The notes beneath the pieces were generated by a model. It did no database searches, was not told the origin of the DNA, and worked only from the letters and a program-made list of their open reading frames with translations. A stretch of DNA of 64,000 nucleotides, taken from assembly GCA_964036045.1 (NCBI GenBank), contig OZ038378.1:96224001-96288000 (forward strand). The letters run 5' to 3'. Origin of the DNA: Eutreptiella sp. 'Long Island Sound 2002'. Lineage: Eukaryota > Protista > Euglenida. A program made the position numbers and the translations under genes. Positions 13,024 to 24,270 of this stretch are shown here, piece after piece. Each line of letters opens with the position of its first letter. The stretch's first letter is position 1.

Positions 13024-13383
13024 ACGTATCTTTTTTGATTGCTATTGAGTGTTGGAAGCGACAGTTACGACTTTCACTGTTACTGTGTCAGATTTTGGTG
13101 CGGACTTTTGCATGTTGCTTCTGTCGCGCTAAATTCATCGTAACCTTTCATCGTACGACAAAAAAAACCTTCCGTGCAAAAAGTTGCGGCGACAGGCAGA
13201 AACAGCGGCACACACGCGCACGGCATCTGCAGCAGGCACCCAACCACGGATTTGGAACCAATATGACCAAAAAAATGAAGGCAGAATGAATAAGATTTAA
13301 TTTCAAGATTTTCATCTTAAACCGTTTAAGATGAAAGATGAGTTCTGGTAAGATGAAACTAGGGACCAAGTGGGCGCGCGGGG

Positions 13384-15069
13384 AACACACACACGCACAC
13401 CCCAACACGACAGCCAGGAATGGTGGGGTACGGGCGGAGCGCTCACATACACACCCCAACACCCCAGCCAGGAGAGGCCGGGCGCAGCCGAACACTGAGC
13501 GGAAGCAGATGCACCCACACAACACAGCCCAGCGAGAAGTGGAGGGGTACAAGCAGAGCGCACACGCGCACACCCTAACACCCCAGCCGAGAGTGGCGGG
13601 GCGCAGCTGAAGCCAGGACCCAAGCACACCCACCAACACCGCGCAGCCCCGCCAGGAGTGATGGGGTACCACCGGAACGCGCACAGAAACATACAAAGAC
13701 CACAACAGCCCAGCCAGGAGTGGCAGAGAGCATCCAAAACCCGAGCCGGAGCACACACAGCCACGCCACACACCCAAGCCAGGAGTGGCCAGGTAAAAGC
13801 GGAGCGCGCACACGACCACACACACCCCCAAACACCCCGGCGGGGAGTGGCGGGCGCAGCCGCAACGCGAGCCCAAACACACACACCAGCACCGCGGATC
13901 CCGGCCGGGAGTGGGGGGCTGGAAACGGAGCGTGCACAGCAGCACACACACACCCTGACACCCCAGCCAGGAGTGTCGGGGCGCAGCTGAGACCCAGGGC
14001 CCAAGCACACACAGCCACGCCGCACACTCCAGCCAGGAGTCGCGGGGTACAAGCGGAGCGCGCACACCAGCACACGCACACCCCAACACCGCAGCCAGGA
14101 GTGGCGGGGCGCCGCCGAAACCCGAGCCCAAACACACACATCTACGCCGCACACTCCGGCCAGGAGAGGCCGAGTAAACGCGGAGCGCGCACCCCAGTAC
14201 ACACACACCCCAACACACCAGCCAGGACTGGCGGGGTTCAAGCGGGACGCGCACAGCAGCACACACACACGCCAACACCCCAGCCAGGAGTGGCGGGGCG
14301 CCGCCAAAACCCAAGCCCAAGCACACACACGCAGGCCGCACACTCCGGCCAGGAGTGGCGGGGTACAGGCGGAGCGCAGACACGAACACACGCACACCCC
14401 AAAACCCCAGCAGGGAGTGGCGGGGCGCAGCCGAAACCCGAGCAAGAACACATACACGCACACCCGAACACCCCAGCCAGGAGTGGCGGGGTACCAGCGG
14501 AGCGCGCACACACACACCCCAACACCCCAGCCAGGAAAGGCGGGGCGCAGCTGAAACCCGAGCCCAAGCACAAGCACCCACACAGCACACCCGAGCCAGG
14601 AGTGGCGGGGTACGGGCGGAGCGCGCACACCAACACACACAGACCCCAACACCCCAGCCAGGAGTGGCGGTGCGCAGCCGAAGCGCGAGCCCAAGCAGAC
14701 ACACCCACGCTGCACACCCCAGCCACGAGTGGCGGGGTACAAGCAGAGCGCGCACATAAACACGCACACCCCAACACCGCAGCCAGGAGTGGCGGGGCGC
14801 AGCCAAACCTGGAACCCAAGCACAGACACCCACACCGCAAACCCCAGCCAGGAGTGGCGCGCTACAAGCAGAGCGCCCACACGAACACACACACACCCCA
14901 ACACCCCAGCCGGGAGAGGCTGGGCGCAGCCGAAACCCGAGCCCAAGCACACACACCCACGCCGCACACTCCAGCCAGGGGTGGCGGGGTGCAAGAAGAG
15001 CACGCACACAAGCACACACAGGCCCCAACACCCCAGCCAGCAGTGGCGGGGCGCAGCCGAAACCCAAGC
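13384..15069. repeat. Continuation of the ~62/125-bp CA-rich minisatellite
   Basis: Same CCAGGAGTGGCGGGG core, about 27 monomers. Confidence 0.9.
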
Positions 15070-15595
15070 TCAATCACAACCCAAACCCAAACAGAAGCGC
15101 AACACAACAGGAAACCCAGTGTTCATAGCCCGGGCACTGAGGCAGCCCGTGCCATGCAGGTGACCCGTCGAAACGAGATCAGGAGCCCGGGGGTAAGGCT
15201 GCATCCTAAGGCCTGCACTGCTTTGAAACTCGAGCCGGAGCGTGCGACACCCAAGCGCCTCGGAACCCCAGTACCAAGAACACGCATGCATGCCTTGGGA
15301 ACGGGATGAACCAGTAATTGCGGTGAACCTCTAGGGTTCCGCCCAAAGGAGGGGACTTGCGCAAGCACGGGGGCACACCCTCCCGGCGAGACAAGTACGT
15401 CACGCTGGCGGCGATCAGCCCTCCCGGTGTTGCCCGGGGCCGCTTTGTTGGGGGCCACCAGTCAAGTCCAGCGGGATGTAAGTCGCCTCTCCTCTTCAAG
15501 CGCGGATCCTCTTCCTGTTGGTCACAGGGGCGACGCCAGGGGGAATTATTGAGCGCCTCTCCACGACCGAGTGCACCACCCTACCTACCTACCTT
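15070..15595 (-). mobile_element. (GGTA)n-capped terminal module, copy B (inverted relative to A)
   Basis: Ends ...GTGCACCACCCTACCTACCTACC; reverse complement aligns to 2594-3110. Confidence 0.85.
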
Positions 15596-16649
15596 TTGTT
15601 CTCTCCAACAGCAACCCATGGGGATAGTGGTATATCCATGTTCTGTTGCACAGAAAGCTGGCATTTGCCTGACACTCCGTTCCAACTCCCTCTGGGCTCA
15701 ATGCATAATGTTGCATGGCAAGAACAATCATCTCAAAAGCTGAAAAAGTGTATTTGAGCTGCACAGTTAAGAAAAAAAGGCACTTTGAACGTTACAGCTA
15801 AAAAAACGTTCTTGCCAGAACAGCGCTGCACACGCGAAATGCGCATATCAATCCCTGCGCGCGACTGCGTCGCGCGTGCACAATCTTGGTTATTTGTAAC
15901 GTTCAACTGGTCCCACATTTCTCTTGTTTATCCCAACAGTGGTACCCAGTTGCGGCACGAGACCATTGCTGTTGGGCAGTGAAGCCAGCGGTGACCACAG
16001 TATGAAAACTAGACATGCCGGCAGGCCCTGTAGGGCCGGCCATACAGTAGCGCTGCATCAAAGGGAATGTACATGCTGTGTAGTTCATGGATCCTTCCAT
16101 TTGATTGTTTCGTGCTACGCTATTGCGGGACCTCGCATTTTGATTTGGGAAACTACCCTTTTTTCGAATATTTTGAACCTGAGTGCGAGGCCTCCCATTT
16201 GGAGGACCATGTTATTTGTCGGAATTACCTATATGCGAACTTTGCATGCGTTCAATTGTACCAGAAAAACCAAGAATCAAATGCTAGTATTGCAAGGCCT
16301 CGCAATGCGTCGGGGAAAAAGGCCTATTTACCTGCACTTGGCAGGACGTATAGGGCAATATCCTTCTGCAGGGGGACCCCGTACTACGCAGTAATACAGA
16401 GCAGCCCAAATCGTTGCGACGTCCTGAAAAAATTTCCTTTTTTTCCTGAAAACAAATTCATGAAAAATGAGGGTCAAAAAAAGAGGATAAATCACTGAAA
16501 TAACCCACATCATTTCTCGGTATTGTTTTTAAACAAACCAGCGGTACAAAAGTGTACCTGTTTCGGCCGCCTAAGGTTGATATTGCAATCACTAACGGAG
16601 AGAATCAGCCCTCTTTGAAACTGGCCACTGCCAACACCAGGAACGGTCC

Positions 16650-18500
16650 TGAACTTTCACCATGATCCTAGTGACAACAACCCGAAGAAATCCGTTCGGG
16701 GACACTCAATTGTCAATGAAAAAGAATGAACGTCGCAACCTGGGGGAGAGAATGTCTGTGATTTTGCACCTCTGATCTGCGATCATTTTGACCTACTTCA
16801 ATTCTTGGCTTGAGCGGCGATGTGCTCAGAAGGACTGTTGCCTTGCCTGCTGTTTGCCGCACTTGGCAGCGCCTTGCTGAAATGTTGTGCTCCTCCTTGG
16901 ACGTTCAGAAGGGCTGTAAACACCGCCTGGATAAGCTCCACTCAGTAGTCACGGCTTTTAGTACAAGTAAAGATGGTAATAGGTAGCATTGCTGCATTTC
17001 ACACACTTAGCCAAGACACTGGCGTCCATCCAGTATTTTTAGGACGATCATCCTGAACCTCTCTCCAGGACCGACTGTAAGCAGCGATTCTCGGATAACA
17101 AATCAGCCATAGAGCTGCAAAAACCGCTCACAGTAGCAGGTTATTGGGTTGTGCTTACGCATTTTTGCTCTGCATTTTTCCCTAGCTATTTGGATTTCCA
17201 CCTGGACTCCTGTTGACGATTTGATGCACTTTGAAGATGATCCTTCTCAGAACTGCCTCAAAGAGGATGAAAGCTTTCATTTTTGAATGCTGAATTAGCC
17301 ATCGAATAGACTAGACGTCCGGAAACAGCACAAAGCTGCTCTCCTTGATGTCCATTTGCGCTGCGTGAATTTTGAGGCACTGCATGCGGGTTTCGAGACA
17401 TGGTTCCCACAAAAAGAGTGTGCAACTGGGTCCTGAAGCAGGGTTGTAACACCTCAGAAGGGTAAACGCTGCTCGGTACTCCACTCTCATACTAGGACAG
17501 ATCTGGGTAGCAGATGGCATTGCTTTTTTTGAGACACTTGGTTCAGAGACTGCCGCATGTCATAAACCTGCGGGGAGTACTGTTCAGAATCCTCCTTCCA
17601 AAAAGGCAAAGATGCAGTTTTCGACCACTAAATCTGCAATCTACAGGGCTAGATAGCTCAGAATGGCACGAAGCTTCGATATGCCTTTGCTCTGCCATCT
17701 GTGTGAGCAACTTGCATGCCAGGGCTGACATAACTGTGAAGATCATCTTCAGATTTTGAACACGATCGTCCCAAAAAAAAAGCCTTCTTCAAAAAGGCCG
17801 AAGATCGTTTTTGTTGACCTCTTAGTTAGCCATAGAATGAGCTAGATACCTGAAAATGGTGGCAAACCTGGTCAGACCAATGGGAACTTCCTTTGCAGTC
17901 ATTTGATTCACCTGCATGCCGGTTTTCAGTAATGGTATCTTTGCAAGGACCTTTTTGCCCGCCTCTACTTTGCTTGCCCCTGCTGTTGCTAAAATATGCC
18001 GCTCATGCTTGGATCCTGAGGAGGATTGTAAATGCTCGACAGGGTGAGCTGAGTTCCGTCAATAACACTTGTAACCCAGACAGAGCTGCGTCCGAGTGGT
18101 GCTCACCGCATTTGGAGTCATCGTAAAAGAGAACCCACCTGCTTTCGTGTTGCTCCACCGTCTAAACAATTGTCGTAAAATGGCTTGGAAAGGTCTCAAC
18201 CTGTCCTCCAAATGGACAGCTCTGTGGTACCACCAAGCGCTAGACGCCATTTGAGCACCCATTGGCCATCATCTGATAGCTCAAAAGCTATGAAAAGTGG
18301 ATGGCCTTCATTGCAATCAACTACTCGACAGACCGCAATCAACCTGAGTTTGCGGTACACTTTTCCTGAAGTAAGCCCCAAATCTGCCTTTTTCTGGGCA
18401 CTAACCTCACTGTACAATGGTGTGGACGGCTTGAAATGCTGCAAAGCTTAGTTGTGGTCATTGAAACCTGCTCGGGCGTTATTTGGAAATACTTGAATTC
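16650..18500 (-). pseudogene. Heavily degraded coding remnant of unknown family
   Basis: Several short minus-strand ORFs (18196-18444, 17543-17746, 17311-17520) with protein-like composition, broken by many stops; no motif I can assign. Confidence 0.25.
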
Positions 18501-18739
18501 ATTTTTCAGTCACTGTGCCCCCACAAGGAGGTTTCAAGGGTTCAAGGGCCTCGTGAGCCCCCATGCACTTGCGGCGGCAAGGTGCACCCGTGCGATCGTC
18601 ACCACGGCATACTAGGGCACATGGGAACAACGCCGGCCGGCCGGGTGCACGTGGCAACCAAGGGTTTACCATTAGGATCTATCATCTCTGCCGGATTTCC
18701 CCTTAGTCTCCGATTCGTGTCAGTGGCTGCAACCGGATA

Positions 18740-18955
18740 GATTATTCCGGGGTGTAGTAAATAATATTCCGCCCCCCCCGGAATATTTAGTCAGACCCCG
18801 GAATATTCCTAATCTCTAGGGCTAAATATTCCGCCCCCCCCGCAGAATATTTAGTCAGCCCCCGGAATACTTCTAGTCTATGAGGTTTTTATATTCCGGT
18901 ACCCGGAATATTTCTGGTCTATCTAGATAAATATTCCACAAAAAAATATTCCGCG
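18740..18955. repeat. Array of about 11 AATATTCC/GGAATATT motifs in both orientations
   Basis: Examples: AATATTCCG-C6-CGGAATATT, GGAATATTCC, ATATTCCGGTACCCGGAATAT. Confidence 0.85.
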
Positions 18956-20750
18956 TACATATACCTCGTTAGCTAGGAAAAGATGGCAAATGAGGTATCA
19001 TCTGACTCAAAAAACAGGAGATTGCTTCTGTTGGCAAAAAAGCCTTTTCCTCACTTTTGGTGAGACGAATACTAAGGTGAAAATGTGCAGTATCTCTGAG
19101 TGTCTCTTTCACAATCAAATGTACTTAGCAGGAACAGAGAATACACGTTTTCTTACTCCTCCCACGTGGGCTCGTTGCCACCACTGTTGCATTGTAAGGA
19201 AAAAAGGTATTCTTTCTGTCGGTCTATTTTGATGTTCCTGCATTCCTTTGAAACTACCTACATCCTCCCTAATCACCCCTGCAGTTGATACTGCAGAGCC
19301 AGTAGAATATCATCGCAGCTCCGCGTGATGCTCTTGCGGCGCTCAGACCGGGTTTGTGGCATGCATGGGGTTAGGGCATGCCTGCTGAAATGCTCATGTA
19401 TCTCTCCCTCCAATGTACACTACTCAGTCTAAAAGCTATACAAGCCCAGGTCAAGCGGATTAAGGGGTATGTACACCACCTGTTGCGGCACCTGACCTGG
19501 TATTTTATGCGTGATGCGAGCCTGGTATTTCCTGCCCCTCTCAATAGGGTCTCGGTCCTCTAATTCACGTCCAGGCTGCAGGCACCATCCGAGCGCGATG
19601 GTCTGCTCAGCAGCTAGCCAGGGACATTTGCAGAGATGGAACGCCTATGGATGATTCCTGATCCCTCACAGTTGATCAGCGTCTTTTGAGATCCATCCAA
19701 AAGGCACGCACATTTTTTATGAACAGACCATCCAGATCAGAATCCCGTTCAGCTTCCCATGCGCATTTTTGTTAAGATTCTCCTCGTCTTGAGCAATTTT
19801 CTATTCAAGAATTCATCAGCAAAAAAAGGGCAGCCGCATAGCACGTCCCAACTAACAGCCGTTAATTTACCAAAATGATGAAATTAACCGCGCATGTTAT
19901 GCATCTAAGAAGAAAGAAGAAATCTCATTGGAATAGTGGTGGTAAAGATTACGCGCACGCTTCCAGAAACAGCAGTCTGAGAAGAAAAAAAAGAAATTAC
20001 CAGAAGCGGCAGGTAACTCTGGCATACCTGCAGTTCTGTGTGCTTTGCTTCACCCCGTGCTCGTGCGTTCGTTGATTAGCATGCACACCATGGTTACAAA
20101 TTTTGAGGTGTACACACAGGATAGACAGGATGGATCTAAGGGACGTACGATCAGATGATGGATGATTAGCGCAGAGCAACTGGCCATCGGCCAGCGAGTG
20201 GTTGTTGCTGGAAGGTACTAGTACTGCCCCGCAATTCCCGACGTGGCAGCTGCGACACCTGTTCTCACACACCAAGGTCCCTCTCTTGATGAACTGATTA
20301 GATCATACACACGCATGCCTAAAATGATTTGCCTCGCTACATTGATACACTATTGTAATTTTTCCTTCTCGGTAGGTAAGGTGAGTAAGCCAAGGAGGGC
20401 GACCTCCTGGTACAGTGATACCCTGTTCTCGGACGTTGTTTGTGTGCCCCTTGAAGGGTTATGAAGCATGCCGGATGCATGTGATGAGTCAAAGGGCGTA
20501 GGCCATGCGCAGTGCACACCGCATGATGTTCGTTTAGTACTGAGGCACCTCCCTACATTCTCTAAGAGTACACGAGCTGTCTCTAGACCATGCTTCCTGG
20601 ATGCGAGCTTTTCCGAACTGCCGTATTCTTGTCATTGAAAGCCGAATAATAAGGGGAGTGGGATTTGTGTCTTGTTCGAAACTCATCTACATGTGCAGAC
20701 TTCTCTTCATGTGCAATAGGTGGGGTTAATGGTGCAACACAATCACGCTC

Positions 20751-20776
20751 ACTTTCTGAGTGTCCATTTTTTTTCG
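20751..20776 (+). other. Euglenid spliced-leader (SL) exon sequence
   Basis: ACTTTCTGAGTGTCCATTTTTTTTCG matches the 26-nt Euglena gracilis SL (ACTTTCTGAGTGTCTATTTTTTTTCG) at 25/26; ATG follows 22 nt downstream at 20799. Confidence 0.9.
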
Positions 20777-23299
20777 GTTGACCCACAGAATTTTTTCGAT
20801 GGCCCCACCAGTAGTCCAGGCTACTCGGTGATTTGCGAAAATCCTGGGCTGTCCAAGTTCTGGGACAAATCTGTGGACTATTGACAACAATCCCAAGGCC
20901 GCAAATTGGAGCCGAGGCAAGCGAAACACCCTTTCTGTCATTTGCTAGTTGCCTAGCGCAACAAAGCACTCGTGAACACCGTCCTAGCCACCTTGTTTGA
21001 CAACGCCGTTTTCGTGGCAATGTCGCAACCTGGGCCCAAGGAGCATTCCGCAATGTTCAAATCGGAAAGCAAGCAGCTAAAGTCCGTAAAATCTTTTAGT
21101 GCCCGGATTCAAGCTAAAGTGGACGACAAGTTGACTCAAACTTGTGTTATTCCTACTTATTCGTCTTGAAAATCACAGAATGACCCACTACACCCACCAC
21201 TCGATCTATTCCCGTCACGGGAAGAAGAATCATCATCTAATGTTACTTCAGACCATGAACACCCGAAGAAGTCGCAAAAGGTCTCTTTCCACCCGCCGAC
21301 AACACCAGTAACACCGCCAAAGAAAAAGGAGCCCAAGAACCACAACAACAATTCAAACTGCTCGCACCGCCAACCGACAGCGAGAACCTTCTGGACACCG
21401 AGCCTGAAGACACACACAGGAACACCGAGGGAAACCACTCATGTGATGCCGATGAGTTGGAGTTGACGACTCTGTTGTTATTTTCAAGCAAAATGAAGAG
21501 CTCTCGAACACCGTCATTGTCTACGGACAACAAACAACCCGAAGATATCGCAAAAGAACTCTTTTCACCCTCCGCCAACACCGGTAACACCGCAAAAGGA
21601 AAACCGTCATTGTCTACGGTTTCTCTCCCCGTCCTTCCTCCCCCTCTGCCTCCACCTCTGCCCGACACCTCTAAAGAAGAAATCGTACCGGGAGGCATTG
21701 AGAATTCGAGCGGAGAAGACCATCCCCCCGACAAGGTTCCGCTCTTCTGTTAAACCCTCAACCCCGATGCAGTGGTCGGCGCCTTTTGTGAACAATGGAA
21801 ATTGCTCTTACGTGAACAGGATCAACAAGCAGTTCTGGCCTAACCTTATAACGATGGAGAACCAGGCCTTGATTGAAATCAAATGATTCTCCAACATTAC
21901 CACCGCCAACCAATCTATGAAGCCATGCGCCCAACAATTGACTTGAGCGCAAGTGAATGGGTGCACCTTTTTTCACAAACTCAACACAACCGGCCCCACC
22001 GCATACTCCACCGTCGCACACAAAAACTTCCACTCTCTCTCTGACATATTGCACCATTACCCACGCTTCTACATTTTCCCCCACCAACAAGACTACTATA
22101 ACAACAAGAAAACGTTCGGCCACACTTGGTCCGAATGGGCAAAAAAAATAGGTGAAGTGCTCGGAGAAGCTTTTGAGTCCGGCGTGCTATACCATGGGTC
22201 CTTCATCATGCCTGGCATGGAAGACAATTTGTCGGCCCAAACCTTATTCATGAACCCTCTCAACCCAGGGTTTGTTCTCTTTAGCCCGTTGGATATGTGT
22301 CATAGATTGCCTACGGGACGCCCGCACTTACAACCCGACGGTCCATTCGGACGGTGTGATTCTGCCGGTCTCTTTGGCTGATCCCATGTATCCCTAGTTG
22401 CATATACACTTGTCTACCAAAACCAAACACCATGTTTCCATTGCCTACGGCAACATCATGCTACCACCCTCGTCACTCCAATCGGCGGTGAAAAAGGTGA
22501 ACGCTTAGATCCAACTTCAAAGCGTAAAATCCCCGGTCCGCTTTGAAATCGCCCGCCACCTCTTACCCAACTTCAAGGTCCCTCCAAAAACCAATGAGGA
22601 AAGGGGCTCGCCGCCGGCGAGGCAACACCTGAGATTTTTTCGTGCTCACGAACCGACTTTTCCACTTCGACGATGACGAAATCACGGTACGCACCCACAA
22701 TGCCAAATACCCCAAAGAACACATACAACCACTCACCCCATCTTCCGGAAGAATGTTTCGTTTTGATTACACGATCTCCACCCCCCTTGCCAAGGAATTG
22801 TTAGGCAGGCTCATGAGACACCTCTTGTGGACCATGGGAAACGTCTTTGCTATCAACAGTGCCGACCTCGCGCGAGAGATCACGTTCAAAATCAGGTCGT
22901 CTAAGTTTTTCAAACGCGGCTCCCCCGACTTTCAACCCGTCGACGTGTGGAGAGCCATTCTCACTAGGGAGGCTGTCCGCCGGTGTTGTGTTTTGGGAGC
23001 CAGCTCCCGCACTTACAACAAATTCCATGTGTGCATGAACTACAACCACATGCCGGCAATGCCTAACAAAGACTCCCTCACCACGATGTTCTTCATGCTT
23101 TTCCAAGAAAACAACTTGGTCCCCTACCGAGGCACAACAGGTGCGATGATCTCCTGGGGCAGTTACGCCTCTCGGCGTGCTAAACACCCGGGGCAACAAA
23201 ATGACACATCCATCACACGCACTGCTCCCGAGTCGCCTGCGTCCCCAAATACTCGCACCCCGACTCCTCAATATATCCCACCGCCAAATCCAGAGACCC

Positions 23300-23510
23300 C
23301 GATGCTAGTGGAGGTCCACTCCGCAGCAAATACCCCGGACGTGGATGTCATGTTCGCCATTGCTTTGCTGGGCAAGATAAAACACATAACTCTCTACAGC
23401 TCTAAGATCGCCCGTGTCCAAGTCTATCATGTCACTTACGCGACCCGAGAGACAGCTATCCCTGCCACAGGTTTCCATGTGGGACAAATGGCTCTTCACC
23501 GGAAGTCCCC
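23300..23510 (+). pseudogene. Possible RRM-like domain in LINE-A ORF1 region
   Basis: LVEVH..helix..LLGKIKHITL...YHVTYATRETAIPATGFHVGQMAL resembles the beta-alpha-beta-beta-alpha-beta RRM pattern; by eye only. Confidence 0.35.
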
Positions 23511-23735
23511 GATACGCTGAAACGAGATTCCATGCTCGGCGCATCAAACCCGTTAGTGAACGAACACTACGACTTTGTGAGCAGGACGCTGGCTGCAGCG
23601 GCGGCATATGGTAGTGCGGAACAACTCAAGGTTGCGAGGGACCACTATCTCACCACTATCAACCCTCTAACACTCACAGAAAAGGTTTCTCAACCTGCGG
23701 TGCATGATTCTGACGATTGGGAACCCATTGAGGGG

Positions 23736-24270
23736 CTCCCGGGCGCCTTTCTAGCCCTGGATTCCTTTTTCCGAGGACGAAGAATCCCTCCTCACCGCGT
23801 GGGCAGAGGACCCTGAACTTGATTGGTCTGAAGAGGGTGAGCGTCCCCTCATCAATCACGGTCACGCCTACGACCCTGAGCTTAAGTCAGTCACCACTGT
23901 GGACAGTCTACGGGCGCATGAGTCCGCTGTAATGCATACTCAGTGCCCCCCGCCCCCCACCGCCAACATGTGGTCGCTTGCCGAGTATGAACCAGGTTCC
24001 GGCGTCAAGAGCTAGGTGGATGTGGGAGCCCTGGGCAGCTACTCCCTGAGTGGATCCTTGGGCTATGGAGCCGGGATCGTCTTTGAGCACAGGCCTTTCC
24101 CCAACAGCGGGCCCCCTAAAAGGAAAAAGCGCATCTTCCTTCAGCGCAGTTCTCTTCTGCTCCTGACGGGTGACTCCAGGTCACGCTGCAAACACTTGAT
24201 ACCAGCTAGGGACTTTGACTTAGTGGGGAAAACAAACCCCTGCGAGAAACAGCTCTCCTTGTTGATTAGG
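23736..24270 (+). pseudogene. AlkB-family 2OG-Fe(II) dioxygenase domain within LINE-A
   Basis: With two frameshifts in homopolymer runs it reads LPGAFLALDSFSEDEESLL..W....RPLINHGHAYD...NMWSLAEYEPGSGVKS*VD....SGSLG....VF....LQRSSLLLLTGDSRSRCKHLIPARDFD...EKQLSLLIR. The HxD His position is TAG (24013-24015). Confidence 0.8.

Larger units (their letters stand above)
7797..13383 (+). mobile_element. 5.6-kb two-gene RAG1/Transib-like DNA transposon with 35-bp TIRs and probable 2-bp TSD (AA)
   Basis: 7797-7831 CCCCGCACGCCCACCTGGTCCCTAGTTTCATCTTA versus reverse complement of 13349-13383 match at 33/35. AA flanks both ends; removing the element restores the minisatellite unit GAGCCCAAACACACACAC. Confidence 0.88.

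Noticed and set aside
6991-15069. CRISPR-like appearance of the regularly spaced CCAGGAGTGGCGGGG core
   Set aside because: Intervening sequences are homologous to each other (alternating A/B monomers), not unique spacers; no cas genes; eukaryotic context.
13148-15309. ORFs of 529-641 aa over the second minisatellite block
   Set aside because: Same artefact: all frames are open across tandem repeats.
15924-16498. ORFs of 143-156 aa
   Set aside because: Overlapping alternative frames with no recognisable motif or coding bias; probably chance ORFs.
20751-20860. Bona fide SL-RNA gene (exon followed by GT and an Sm-like AATTTTTTCG)
   Set aside because: Single copy here, no 5S rRNA or tandem SL array, and the downstream sequence runs into the LINE ORF. 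Not fully excluded.
23715-23740. WEPIEGL as a chromodomain end
   Set aside because: No upstream Y.V.W motif; the following sequence fits the AlkB N-terminus.
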